DNA from: Candidatus Omnitrophota bacterium
GTDB taxonomy: Bacteria > Omnitrophota > Gorgyraeia > Zapsychrales > Zapsychraceae
Direction: 5' to 3'
Length of the DNA stretch: 64,000 bases
Assembly: GCA_029261055.1 (NCBI GenBank)
Contig: JAJDCA010000037.1
Span: 82,818-146,817 of the forward strand
Each line of letters starts with the position of its first letter. Within the stretch, counting starts at the first letter, position 1. Positions 30,432 through 40,148 of this stretch are shown here, one piece after another. The translations under genes were made by a program, and so were the position numbers. The notes under the pieces were generated by a model. It was not told the origin of the DNA. It ran no database searches and saw only the letters and a program-made list of their open reading frames with translations.

Positions 30432-31895
30432 TTACTTGTTTTTGTTTAGATTTTTAAATGTTTTAGAATTGCGACTCACTAGTAACGGATTAATAACATT
30501 CTCAAACTGTTTTACTAAGTCACCTTCGCCAATTACAGCAGAGCTATTACTTTTGACAGGTATGTTTGGATCTGTCTGGGAAATATCACCAAGGTCTAGC
30601 TCAATTCCACTATCTTCTTCATCAGAAGATGCTTCTGACTTATCCTCTTTACTATCTTCTTCAGAGGAGTCATCTTTACTGTCTTCACTCGCCTCAGCCT
30701 TTGAGTCTTTGTCTTCACTAGCATTTGCAACGACAAACTCTTTAATATCCTCAAGATAAGCAGTAAATTCTTCATCTTTCATTGCAGCACACTTAGTAAT
30801 GCGAGCCTTAACCTGATCCTCTGTCAATCCTACCTCTTTTAATGAGTCAGATCGCTTTTGCTTTAGCTCTTGAACTTCAAAGTAACTAATGCGCTCAGAG
30901 AGAGCTTTGTTTTCTTCTAATAGTTCGTCAAGTTTGCTGTTGTCAGATGTTTCTGGCAATTTACTATCTTTTGCTTCTGTCACTTTAGTATCTTCAGAAT
31001 TAGCAGCTTTAATAGCTTCAACCTCTTCCAAGATATCTTCTTTGGTGACTTTTTCACCTTCTCCACTCATGTTGTCTTCCTCCTTGTGAGTAGAAGTTGA
31101 GCTACCGAGACTAGCTACTACATGTTGCGCTAATACCTCGTCTATATATTCTACGTTACATTGAACTAACTTTGCTGAATCAGTATTACCAACACTAAGA
31201 ACTACCGATTCTGGATTTGCTGGATTTGCAACAACTCCGATTCCACCAAACAATATATCTCTCAATACACGTCCAACTCTTTGTCCTTGAAAGTCTCCCT
31301 TTCCGCCATTAGCGCGTAGAATTGGGTCTAGAATGGGTGCTGTATCTTTATTCCTGGCTACTACTTTATTACCTACTAAAAAGTCAAAGTCAGTAAACCA
31401 TGCTTCGACAGAAACAAACAGCTCACCGGCCAGCGCCTTCTCTTTGATGTCTTCTGCTATCTCTGGTAAAATAAAAGAATATATGACAGCTTCGTTAGTG
31501 ATATCAAAATCTTGAGGCATCCCGTCTTCTTCAGATCCTAGTGCCTGATCTATATCTGAATCCTCTACTCTGCTACCATCTTTATCTGTAACAAATGTCT
31601 CAAGCATATGTCCAATTATGCGAGTTTCGTCATGTTCAATATTTACTGGTTTGTGGGCACCTGTGTCACGAGCAGGTAGAACCTCTTCTGCAAGAAAAAC
31701 ATCGTCATTTAGATTCATTCCTGTTGACACAAGAATAGATGTCATTTTTAGTAGATCAAACTGGCTATCAATTTCTCCAGATTCGCTAGCAGCAACCTTT
31801 TTAGGTATACTTATCTTACTCGCCTCTGAAGCTGAGACTTCTCGTAGGCAGGCACGAGCAAGAAGTTTGGTTTTCATCGGTTTTTTATTTGGCAT
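30432..31895 (-). CDS. Putative prohead protease / scaffolding fusion protein (487 aa)
   Basis: N-terminal roughly 250-aa globular part, then a long acidic, coiled-coil-like Ser/Glu/Asp/Lys-rich C-terminal half typical of scaffolds. Lies between the portal-side genes and the capsid gene. Confidence 0.35.
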   Translation of the reverse strand: MPNKKPMKTKLLARACLREVSASEASKISIPKKVAASESGEIDSQFDLLKMTSILVSTGMNLNDDVFLAEEVLPARDTGAHKPVNIEHDETRIIGHMLETFVTDKDGSRVEDSDIDQALGSEEDGMPQDFDITNEAVIYSFILPEIAEDIKEKALAGELFVSVEAWFTDFDFLVGNKVVARNKDTAPILDPILRANGGKGDFQGQRVGRVLRDILFGGIGVVANPANPESVVLSVGNTDSAKLVQCNVEYIDEVLAQHVVASLGSSTSTHKEEDNMSGEGEKVTKEDILEEVEAIKAANSEDTKVTEAKDSKLPETSDNSKLDELLEENKALSERISYFEVQELKQKRSDSLKEVGLTEDQVKARITKCAAMKDEEFTAYLEDIKEFVVANASEDKDSKAEASEDSKDDSSEEDSKEDKSEASSDEEDSGIELDLGDISQTDPNIPVKSNSSAVIGEGDLVKQFENVINPLLVSRNSKTFKNLNKNK

Positions 31896-31922
31896 AGTGT
31901 TTACCTCTTATATTTAAATCAA

Positions 31923-33356
31923 TTATTTTAAAGAGTTAAGAAATTCTGCAAAGTCCTTTATGAACATTTTTGGAATATATGTATCATATGAATCTACAGA
32001 TTCAATATTATTTTCGGAGTCTCGATTTATATGAAGTAACATATAAAAGCTCCTGCCCTCTTCCTCATCCTCCATTATGACCTCGATGGTCTCCCTACTG
32101 CCAATCTTTTCAACTTCCTTTATTTTTGCCTTCATTCCTAGAAATGTTCCGTCTGATGAGCATATTGAATTAATCTCGCTAGGCAATTTGTCATGCATAC
32201 TTTGAATATCTTTATCATCAAAGCTTGCTTCGATTTTTACAATCTTTCCTTCGATTTCTTCAAAACTTGCTTTGCAGGTAAGTTTTTCTACATCTGTCTG
32301 ATCTTTTGCTGCCGATGTGTTTAGACATTTTAATTCTAGATGTAAGGTAGATGCTGACTCACTATCTTCTGATGATTCGGATAATTTAACATCATTAAAC
32401 TTCTCTTCTGTGTCTTCATTATCTTCTACAGGAGTTAGTTCAATTTGCTTGCTCTTATTTGATTTGAGTTTTTTACCTATCTGACTAAGTGCGCTCAGCA
32501 ACATTTTTCCAATGTCTGAACTACGTTCATCAGAGTCTTTTTCTTCATTTGATTGTACTTTTACTTTGTCATCATCATCTGAAGCATCTTTCTTGTATTT
32601 CTTATTATCCGTTTCGGACTCTGATTTATTTTCATCTGTTGCTTTTGGTTTAGTATCTACAACTTTGCCCAAATCTACAGTTTCAGAAGATTCTGAGGTT
32701 TCTAGCTTATTGTTTATTGATTTTCCACTTGGAAATGTCGGAAATATCTGACCACGAATTTCACCTAATGGGTATTCCGCAGAATGAATATTTACCAACA
32801 GTTGTCCTTCCATCAGCATTTTAGCCTGATCATCAGTAAGGGAAACCGAACCCTCTTTTATTCTACCAATTGGTAGTGGAACAACTATCTCTGCCTCGTC
32901 TGTTCTAGTACCACTCATGCCCTTATGGAGATGTGCAGCAGTTTCAACAGTTGATAGCTCATTGTGCTCAATAGTGTAAAATAATTCATTAGATATGGAA
33001 TTGAACATAAATCTAGCAGACCCATTGGCTGGACCAAATATTGGCGGCTTTTCCTGAATGGTGCTCATGCTGGCACTAAAGAACATGAGACTGTTTTCTA
33101 TTCTAATTTTGTCAAACAAAGATGTTGCTTCTGCCTTCTCTAATGAGCCAGCTATGGCATATACGTGGTCCATTAAATGCGATTTGGCAGATTCTATTTG
33201 CTCTTTTGGCAAATCATCTACTAACTTTAAACAGAGTGCCAGTCTATCAATATCAACTGTTGCGTGTGCATTTCCGTCTTTTACATCAGGTGTGTGATGT
33301 AGTAGTAGGCGATTATCTGTAGCAAAAGCCTTTTCCGGTAGCTTATTACGATCCAT
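31923..33356 (-). CDS. CHRD-domain protein with an acidic Ser/Asp/Glu-rich linker (477 aa), in the head module
   Basis: Strong CHRD signature: GSARFMFNSISNELFYTIEHNEL...AAHLHKG..G ... LLVNIHSAEYPLGEIRGQIFP. The consensus is aHiH.G ... NvHt..P.GeiRGQi. Confidence 0.6.
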   Translation of the reverse strand: MDRNKLPEKAFATDNRLLLHHTPDVKDGNAHATVDIDRLALCLKLVDDLPKEQIESAKSHLMDHVYAIAGSLEKAEATSLFDKIRIENSLMFFSASMSTIQEKPPIFGPANGSARFMFNSISNELFYTIEHNELSTVETAAHLHKGMSGTRTDEAEIVVPLPIGRIKEGSVSLTDDQAKMLMEGQLLVNIHSAEYPLGEIRGQIFPTFPSGKSINNKLETSESSETVDLGKVVDTKPKATDENKSESETDNKKYKKDASDDDDKVKVQSNEEKDSDERSSDIGKMLLSALSQIGKKLKSNKSKQIELTPVEDNEDTEEKFNDVKLSESSEDSESASTLHLELKCLNTSAAKDQTDVEKLTCKASFEEIEGKIVKIEASFDDKDIQSMHDKLPSEINSICSSDGTFLGMKAKIKEVEKIGSRETIEVIMEDEEEGRSFYMLLHINRDSENNIESVDSYDTYIPKMFIKDFAEFLNSLK

Positions 33357-33377
33357 GTTTCTCCTAATTGTTTAAGA

Positions 33378-33854
33378 CTATTTATTTCTATCTGTTAATT
33401 TATCAATCTTGCTCTCTACTATTTCTCTAACCATTTCTGTAGAGTGTCTCTGTTCTGATACTAACTTATCTATTAAATTTCTATTTTCTGCATGATCTGT
33501 TTGCTGTAATGTAACTAATTTTTCAACTGAATTTTTCTGTGATTCTACAGATACAGAAACAACTTGTGTAAGACCATCCAACGCTGCCGTAACATGATTA
33601 AGATGATTATCCAATGTTGTATCTCTACTTTGCACTAGTCCTACCATGTTTGTCATATTCTCCTTATGACCCTTAATCATATTTCTAATTAAAAAAAATA
33701 GAACACATGCGACAAATCCAGCCAATACAACTCCAAGACCATATTCTTGTGCAGCTTTACCCCAGCCGTCTATACCCCCTGCGTAACCAACAGAACTTGA
33801 CGCTGCTTCAGCAAGTAAAAAAACCACTAATCCTCCGATATGCTGGCATTGCAA
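33378..33854 (-). CDS. Small membrane protein (two predicted TM helices) within the head module
   Basis: Hydrophobic segments GGLVVFLLAEAASSSV and LGVVLAGFVACVLFFLI. Overlaps the portal gene end by 28 nt. Confidence 0.35.
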   Translation of the reverse strand: MQCQHIGGLVVFLLAEAASSSVGYAGGIDGWGKAAQEYGLGVVLAGFVACVLFFLIRNMIKGHKENMTNMVGLVQSRDTTLDNHLNHVTAALDGLTQVVSVSVESQKNSVEKLVTLQQTDHAENRNLIDKLVSEQRHSTEMVREIVESKIDKLTDRNK

Positions 33855-35920
33855 ATACTGAACGCCTTTTGCACAATTGCTCTCATGGCCTTTTTATTTG
33901 GGGCCTTGTCATGCTTTTTACGAAATTTAGCAACCTCTTCTTTAGTTACTGACTCTACACATCTGTCCAGCTTCTTGCCAGACTTTGACTTAAGTGCATT
34001 CTTTACTAAATCTTTGGTCCACCTATTTTCGCATACTAGTTGCGGCAACGCTTTGCCTATATTATCTATAATATTTATACGATCTGCCTCAGTTAAGTCT
34101 CTCAAGCTATCGTATTTGGCATTATCTGCTATCGTTGTTGCTATCATCTTGTATAGCTTATCAAAACCATTGTCTATCCTGTCTCTAGGTATAGGAGTTT
34201 TTTTAGCCGCTGTCTTTTGACCCTGTGGGCTATCTGGCTGAGTCTGCTGCTGTTGTTTTTTCTTTGTCCCTGGCGGTCGTCCACCCTTCTCACCTTCTCC
34301 GCCCTGTTGTGCTGGATCGTTACCATCTATGTCGTCATCATTAAGTAGTTGAGCTATATTTGATGTAAATTTACCGATTCTTAATAATGCATGATCTGAT
34401 TCTTGTTCTAAGACTTTTCTTTTAGCATCCTCTCTTCTGATTCTCTCTACTTCTATCCCTATATCTTCTCCAAACCTATCAAGAAGTGTTTCAAATGATA
34501 TTACATTGCGATCAAATAGCTCTATCATAAACCTTTTTTCCACTTCTTCGTCTGTGAGTGACATTTTCCCTATGCGCACAATTGGCGATTTTCTAAATCT
34601 CATGTTTCTTGAAACAATATTGACTTGCTCAACCCAAAACGACTCTAATATCTTTTGTCCAGTCTCAAGTCTCTCCATTAGCGTTTTTATAGCTAGAAAA
34701 CTATTGGAAAAGTTTCCACCCTCTCCGTTTATTAATGCTTCCGGTATTCCTAATCCTGCACGAATGTCTGCATCAACTTGCTTATACTTTTCCGCTGAAA
34801 AGAAATTTTCAACTGGTGGAAATACTGTTTCTATTGAAATTAGGTCGTCCCAGACTATGGTTTTGCTCTTGTGGGGATTCATTAACATTGATGTTAATTT
34901 TTGGTATTTCTTTTTAGATGGCAAGAATCCTTTTTCAGTAGATCCAAGTTTCACAATTGTTAAGGCATTTGTTACGCCTTCAGCAACAGATATATCCATA
35001 TTTCGAATAAGTTTTTTAAATTTAACATCAGGTATTACTCTCCAAAGCAACGGAGTAGCCCATGAGCGATATCCGTCTCTTTTGTAATATAGCATCTTTA
35101 GTCTATTTTTAGGAAGATTTATAAATCCAGTGCTTTTAAGTTTATCAAATGTATCAGTACCTATACCTATTTGCTTTTCAAAATTATCTATAGCCTTGTC
35201 TCTGTCTTCTCCAATTTGAGTAGACGTATTTACGCTCTTAAGCCCAAGATCTTCTGGACTGAATCTATATGACCACCCAACAGTGTCTAATAATTCGCTT
35301 CCTGTTCTAAACACTCTTAGCACGTCTAGCATTTCGTATCTAAAAGGAATTACATTTTTAACAGGTATTTCTGGATCTAGTATTCGTGAACTAACAAATT
35401 TTTTCTCTTCTGCTGATGACTTACGCATACGGTTTATTTCTTCTTCGTTAAGTTCACCGAAAAAGCTTAGTATGGGTACATTTCCGTCACGATATACACC
35501 CTTTAGTATTTGCTCCGACACTTCGTATGTTTTGGCAGTTTTCATCCATTTTTTAAAAAACTGTTTTATTTTTTCATCATTATGCTGAATTTCCAAATCT
35601 TCTAATGCAAAATCTACCATTATATCTATGATGTTGCCGATAATGCCTACATTTTCGTATGCTTCACGACATGAGGCTATCCTCTGATGAGTTTCTGCCT
35701 CATCATTTGTTCCATTTATCTGTGTGTTTCCATTAAATGATATTCTATTGTAGTCTAGATTAGTAAAAGCATTGGCCTTACTAAAAACACTGTCAACTGG
35801 CATACTAATAGATGCTCTCATATCATCTTTGGCGAGTATTCCGTCCCACGCCTTAGCTTTTTTGAATAGTGTTTGATTGGCCTTATTTAAAAATGGATTG
35901 TCTGAATCTTTATTTGGCAT
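33827..35920 (-). CDS. Portal protein candidate (697 aa)
   Basis: Large ORF immediately downstream of the large terminase, of the right size. The C-terminal Lys/Gln-rich extension is unusual. Confidence 0.5.
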   Translation of the reverse strand: MPNKDSDNPFLNKANQTLFKKAKAWDGILAKDDMRASISMPVDSVFSKANAFTNLDYNRISFNGNTQINGTNDEAETHQRIASCREAYENVGIIGNIIDIMVDFALEDLEIQHNDEKIKQFFKKWMKTAKTYEVSEQILKGVYRDGNVPILSFFGELNEEEINRMRKSSAEEKKFVSSRILDPEIPVKNVIPFRYEMLDVLRVFRTGSELLDTVGWSYRFSPEDLGLKSVNTSTQIGEDRDKAIDNFEKQIGIGTDTFDKLKSTGFINLPKNRLKMLYYKRDGYRSWATPLLWRVIPDVKFKKLIRNMDISVAEGVTNALTIVKLGSTEKGFLPSKKKYQKLTSMLMNPHKSKTIVWDDLISIETVFPPVENFFSAEKYKQVDADIRAGLGIPEALINGEGGNFSNSFLAIKTLMERLETGQKILESFWVEQVNIVSRNMRFRKSPIVRIGKMSLTDEEVEKRFMIELFDRNVISFETLLDRFGEDIGIEVERIRREDAKRKVLEQESDHALLRIGKFTSNIAQLLNDDDIDGNDPAQQGGEGEKGGRPPGTKKKQQQQTQPDSPQGQKTAAKKTPIPRDRIDNGFDKLYKMIATTIADNAKYDSLRDLTEADRINIIDNIGKALPQLVCENRWTKDLVKNALKSKSGKKLDRCVESVTKEEVAKFRKKHDKAPNKKAMRAIVQKAFSICNASISED

Positions 35921-36014
35921 ATTAAATTCTCCTGATAGATATTCATTATATTGTACGTTTGATGCCTATACATATGGGCCATGTGCCCATAACATATATA
36001 TTCATGGTCTTATT

Positions 36015-39000
36015 TTATGTGAATTCATCAGACCATCCACCAATTGAGTTGTCGTCCTCGTATCTCTCTCTCAGGATCGCGTCTTTGTCATAATTTATCT
36101 CATCTAATCTCATGGCCATATAGTTAGCTAATAGAAATGAGGAATATCTATCTTTGTGCTTTACACCCTCTTCTTTTCTCTCGTCAGGTGGCTTTAAATC
36201 GAATGACTTCTTGCCTGTTTTAGTGTAGACTATTGTGATAGACGACAATTCTTTCTTTAATTCCGATACTTCAAACAGTATATCCTCTGCCTCGTCATCT
36301 AGGGCGCTAGTACTTGTGGTTACTGGAAACATGGTAAGCCTATCTTCAATATTTTTTTGAAGCAGGGTGTTTGACTCATCCAGCCACGCTGAGCCGAAAT
36401 TCTGTAAATTTAGTATTCGTAGCCCTTCTTTTGCCTCTTCGCTGTCGTCATCAAAATGATAAAACTTAGGTTCGTCTGGTTTACGAATTTCAAGACCATC
36501 ATCAGTTTTTTCCATATTTAACATTTCTTCTACAGCGTGGCCACCACCACCCGCATCCATGTTTATTCCAACAATGTTGAATCTTCTCCACAACTCTCTC
36601 ATGTGTGCTGCACATTCTGAATATTTTCTTTTTTGAGCAGTCCATTGATACACTAACTTGTGCGGTGTTCCGACCTCTATTATGGTGACAGCAAACCTAT
36701 CTAGCATTTTAGCTGGATCTACACCCATTACATACTGTCTCTTTGGCTTACCTCGCTTTAACACGGAAAAACCATTGGGCGGAGATGCTGTTGCTTCGCG
36801 TATCTGCTTGGCTTTATAGAATCCTGTACTGTCGTCTCCAAATAGCGTGTTGTACTCCATGTCGAACAATTGTTTTGGCATCTGTGACCTACTGGATTCA
36901 ATCACATCTTTTTCCATCATGCCATCTGGTATTGCCTCCCAGGGATAGCGCACGATACAGTAGTTATTGCAGTCAACCTCGTAGCCTTCGCGCTTTTCAC
37001 TTTCGTCAAATACATCACCGTGTTCGTCCACCGCACCCTTTACATTGTGTTTTATTATCTTCTGATAATGTGCGTAAACATGATGAAACGTCTCTCCTGT
37101 ATATCCTGCGGTTCCGGCCAATATAATTTTATTACCAGAATTGATATCTGACATAGCTAAATCTTCTGGCTCATTACCAATTGTACGAGCTTTTACCTTC
37201 TCCCAGGGGTCTAATTGTGTTGCAGCGAATCCACGCACTACTACATCAAATATTTCAATTGGAATTGAGTTGAACTCATCTGCCAGTATCACATGTCCAC
37301 GCTCTCCTCTAATTCTAGTATTGTGACTAAAGAATCCGTTTGCACAATACTCATGTCCATTTGGTACATGAATATCATATGTATGACCTTGACCATCGTG
37401 CTCTATGTCTGAAACTTTATCATAGAATATATTTGTATCATATAGATTTTCAATATCTTTAACTGTAGAATGATTAGTACCACCATGAACCCTTAAGAAT
37501 GTATTCGCCATCTTCCATGAAATATTTGATTTGTTTTTTAAATATCCATACGAACAATCTCTACTATTGTAGGAGCCTCTTGGTGCTCTAAACTCCTTGG
37601 AAAAACTTTTCACTTTGTCAATCATGTCTGGAAGATAATCGGAATGATTAACAAATCTTTTCTTATTTGCAATAATATTGTCTAGCCCATCTACTTTGCG
37701 AGATAAACGAAACCCTATTTTTTCATGAAATATTTTAAGATTGGCACCTCTTATTGTCAATTGATAACAAGTGTTCCATTTTTCACTACGATCACGTTTA
37801 TATACTGTTGCTACTATGCCGTAATGAAGCAGTATATATTGCAGTTGTTGAATTAGAATTTTGCTGGTATTATTAAACTCTACACATGTAGATCCTTCTC
37901 CAACATCAACAACACCTCCGTCTGAGTCCATTAGTCCTTTTATAAATTCTGTAACAACATGTCTTTCTGCACACATTATACTTTCTGGTATTCGTTTATC
38001 TTTTGTGCTAACATGTTTGTAAGATACTCCAAACTTAGACATAAAATTACTTTTGACAGACTTTCCATATGCATTGTAGTGACACCCATCTGTCGCAGGA
38101 ACAAAATTCCCAATTACACAAACAGCTTCAGCCAACTCCTGATCTTTTGTGGCAAATCCAATATTGTATTTGTCTTTAATACTGCCATCACCTATTATTA
38201 GTCCTAATGCATATGATTCATCTGGTGTAATGCTATTTGCCCCCTTGTGCCAGCGAATAGATCTGTCTATCAATACATGATCTGATTCAGTTATTTCATC
38301 AAATCTTGACCATATGATGTCTCCATCTCTAACAATTTTAACTTTGTGATTTTTTGTGCCACTAATTTCAAATCCACGAGAAGTACGAATTTTGATAATA
38401 TCTGTATAGCGATTATAATAAGACTCATTCGTTGACCTCATTTCCCCATTGCCCCAGACAGTTCTATTCCTATGAACTATGTTTTCGTTTTGGTCAACGT
38501 CTTCTGGTTGATCGTCTGATATGGTTCCAAATCTATCTCCATAAGTCACCATAGTGTCTGGACTTACACAGCCATCTCCCATTGGCAATGCTGTGACACT
38601 TGATCCACATATTTCTAGCTTCCAGCTATCCTGATTATGTACCGGCTCTCTCTCCATCATTTGACTCAACAATGGAGATTTTTTAATCATTTTTTCCATC
38701 TCATTGAAGACCAGCTTGGATTGTCTGAAGCTAGCTGAGACTAATATTATCCTTGAATATGGAAACATGATAGCATGATACAATGAATATGTAGCTAAGC
38801 TAAATGTCTTTCCGGCACCCCTTGACAATAATAGCAATGGAAACTTGTGTCTCAGCATTGCTATTATCATTGACATTTGGAATGGGAATAATTTTACACC
38901 TAGTAAATACTTTATACCAAAGGCAGGAGAATAGAATGGATTGCAGAGCTTGTAAAATTCCGTAAGCTCATCTTTTTCTTTCTGGTCCTCTCTAACATCT

Positions 39001-39101
39001 AATAATGGATTTATTAGTAATCTTTTATCTGGAATATTGTTCATCCACTCATAATCTGGATGAAATACTTTTGCAATTCTAGATATCTGTTTTGAGTCCA
39101 T
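36015..39101 (-). CDS. terL: Terminase large subunit interrupted by an intein (1028-aa precursor; about 611-aa mature TerL)
   Basis: Walker A LLLSRGAGKTF lies before the intein. Walker B-like HVILADEF follows immediately after the intein. The C-terminal half is nuclease-domain sized. RBS GAGGA upstream. Confidence 0.85.
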   Translation of the reverse strand: MDSKQISRIAKVFHPDYEWMNNIPDKRLLINPLLDVREDQKEKDELTEFYKLCNPFYSPAFGIKYLLGVKLFPFQMSMIIAMLRHKFPLLLLSRGAGKTFSLATYSLYHAIMFPYSRIILVSASFRQSKLVFNEMEKMIKKSPLLSQMMEREPVHNQDSWKLEICGSSVTALPMGDGCVSPDTMVTYGDRFGTISDDQPEDVDQNENIVHRNRTVWGNGEMRSTNESYYNRYTDIIKIRTSRGFEISGTKNHKVKIVRDGDIIWSRFDEITESDHVLIDRSIRWHKGANSITPDESYALGLIIGDGSIKDKYNIGFATKDQELAEAVCVIGNFVPATDGCHYNAYGKSVKSNFMSKFGVSYKHVSTKDKRIPESIMCAERHVVTEFIKGLMDSDGGVVDVGEGSTCVEFNNTSKILIQQLQYILLHYGIVATVYKRDRSEKWNTCYQLTIRGANLKIFHEKIGFRLSRKVDGLDNIIANKKRFVNHSDYLPDMIDKVKSFSKEFRAPRGSYNSRDCSYGYLKNKSNISWKMANTFLRVHGGTNHSTVKDIENLYDTNIFYDKVSDIEHDGQGHTYDIHVPNGHEYCANGFFSHNTRIRGERGHVILADEFNSIPIEIFDVVVRGFAATQLDPWEKVKARTIGNEPEDLAMSDINSGNKIILAGTAGYTGETFHHVYAHYQKIIKHNVKGAVDEHGDVFDESEKREGYEVDCNNYCIVRYPWEAIPDGMMEKDVIESSRSQMPKQLFDMEYNTLFGDDSTGFYKAKQIREATASPPNGFSVLKRGKPKRQYVMGVDPAKMLDRFAVTIIEVGTPHKLVYQWTAQKRKYSECAAHMRELWRRFNIVGINMDAGGGGHAVEEMLNMEKTDDGLEIRKPDEPKFYHFDDDSEEAKEGLRILNLQNFGSAWLDESNTLLQKNIEDRLTMFPVTTSTSALDDEAEDILFEVSELKKELSSITIVYTKTGKKSFDLKPPDERKEEGVKHKDRYSSFLLANYMAMRLDEINYDKDAILRERYEDDNSIGGWSDEFT
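37320..38570 (-). mobile_element. Intein (417 aa) with a LAGLIDADG homing endonuclease domain, inserted in the TerL ATPase domain
   Basis: Block A CVSPDTMV follows extein ...ALPMGDG. Block B GTKNHKV. Two LAGLIDADG motifs (LGLIIGDGS and FIKGLMDSDGG). Blocks F/G HTYDIHVPNGHEYCANGFFSHN are followed by extein Thr (TRIRGERGHVILADEF). Coordinates are derived from residue positions 178-594 and are accurate to ±2 nt. Confidence 0.8.
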
Positions 39102-39558
39102 TTCTTATTTCCTCACGATACAAAAATGCTCGTATCAACAAACTTCTAACTATCTTGTGTGCCATCTTTCTACTACCTGCAAAGATTATACTCACATTGT
39201 ACTTCATTGATAACGCTAGTATGCTTTCAAACACTGCATTTGGCGGAATTTTCGCATATCTATTTTTTTTATATATTGACGACCAATGATCTTCGACAAC
39301 TATATATCTGCGAGCGGAAGATTGCATTCTCTCCAGCTCTCTTATGAATCTTTTTCTATGCTTTCCAACATTGGCAGATAGTTCATCTGCGCTCTTTTTA
39401 CGTTCAATTGTGATAAGGTCTTCATGACCTTCGATTCCGTAATCACCGTGATCCAACTTCTTGTGTATTACTAACTCTATTGATTTGCCAGGTTTAAAGT
39501 CATATGGCATTTGCTCTCTTGAATCTATTACAATTGTTGGTAATTCTTTGTCTGACAT
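39079..39558 (-). CDS. ERCC4/XPF-Mus81-family (PD-(D/E)xK) structure-specific nuclease, 159 aa
   Basis: Full ERCC4 signature: IVIDSRE ... LDHGDYGI ... ITIERKKSADELSANV (VxDxRE / GDY / ERKx3D). RBS AGGAAGG upstream. Its 3' end overlaps the terL start by 23 nt. Confidence 0.7.
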   Translation of the reverse strand: MSDKELPTIVIDSREQMPYDFKPGKSIELVIHKKLDHGDYGIEGHEDLITIERKKSADELSANVGKHRKRFIRELERMQSSARRYIVVEDHWSSIYKKNRYAKIPPNAVFESILALSMKYNVSIIFAGSRKMAHKIVRSLLIRAFLYREEIRNGLKTDI

Positions 39559-39584
39559 GCGCCTTCCTGTTTTTGTTGATATTT

Positions 39585-40148
39585 TTATTTACACAAGCCT
39601 TTTGCATCTAGAAGTGCTTTGGCCAAACCCTCAACATCTTGCTTACTGAACCAACTGGTATCTTTTTGGCGCTGTTGCACTTTTGTCGACTTGTTTTTTG
39701 GTTCTTGGTTCAAAAATATTTGTGCCTGATCTTCAATATACGTATCAATACTCTTTTTAATTTCAGACAATTGTAGTGTAGTTTTATCGATAATGTCATT
39801 AAGATCACTGATTTTTTTACTATCATGTTTAATATCATGCTTAGTACAAAAGGACAGGGTGAGCATTGCTTTGGCCTGCTTTATCCTGGCCTCAATAGCA
39901 CGTTTAACAGTGTTTCCCATCATGTCTGGATTATACCAAGGTTCATGCACTATTTCTTTTTCTGGACCAAACATAAGCCTGCCCTCCAAGGCATCTATCT
40001 TTGTTTGTAGATCAACCTCTTGATTATGTATAGCGCTCCACTCATTACCGGATGCTCTACTGTCTAAGTTTAGGCGCTCTTGAGTTTTTGCAGAAAGCTG
40101 CTGCTTAAGTTGTTCGATGTTATCCACTACCATCTCCTGTAAAATCAT
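39585..40148 (-). CDS. Coiled-coil protein (187 aa) in the packaging module
   Basis: Heptad-like Gln/Glu/Lys-rich sequence. No motif recognised. Confidence 0.4.
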   Translation of the reverse strand: MILQEMVVDNIEQLKQQLSAKTQERLNLDSRASGNEWSAIHNQEVDLQTKIDALEGRLMFGPEKEIVHEPWYNPDMMGNTVKRAIEARIKQAKAMLTLSFCTKHDIKHDSKKISDLNDIIDKTTLQLSEIKKSIDTYIEDQAQIFLNQEPKNKSTKVQQRQKDTSWFSKQDVEGLAKALLDAKGLCK

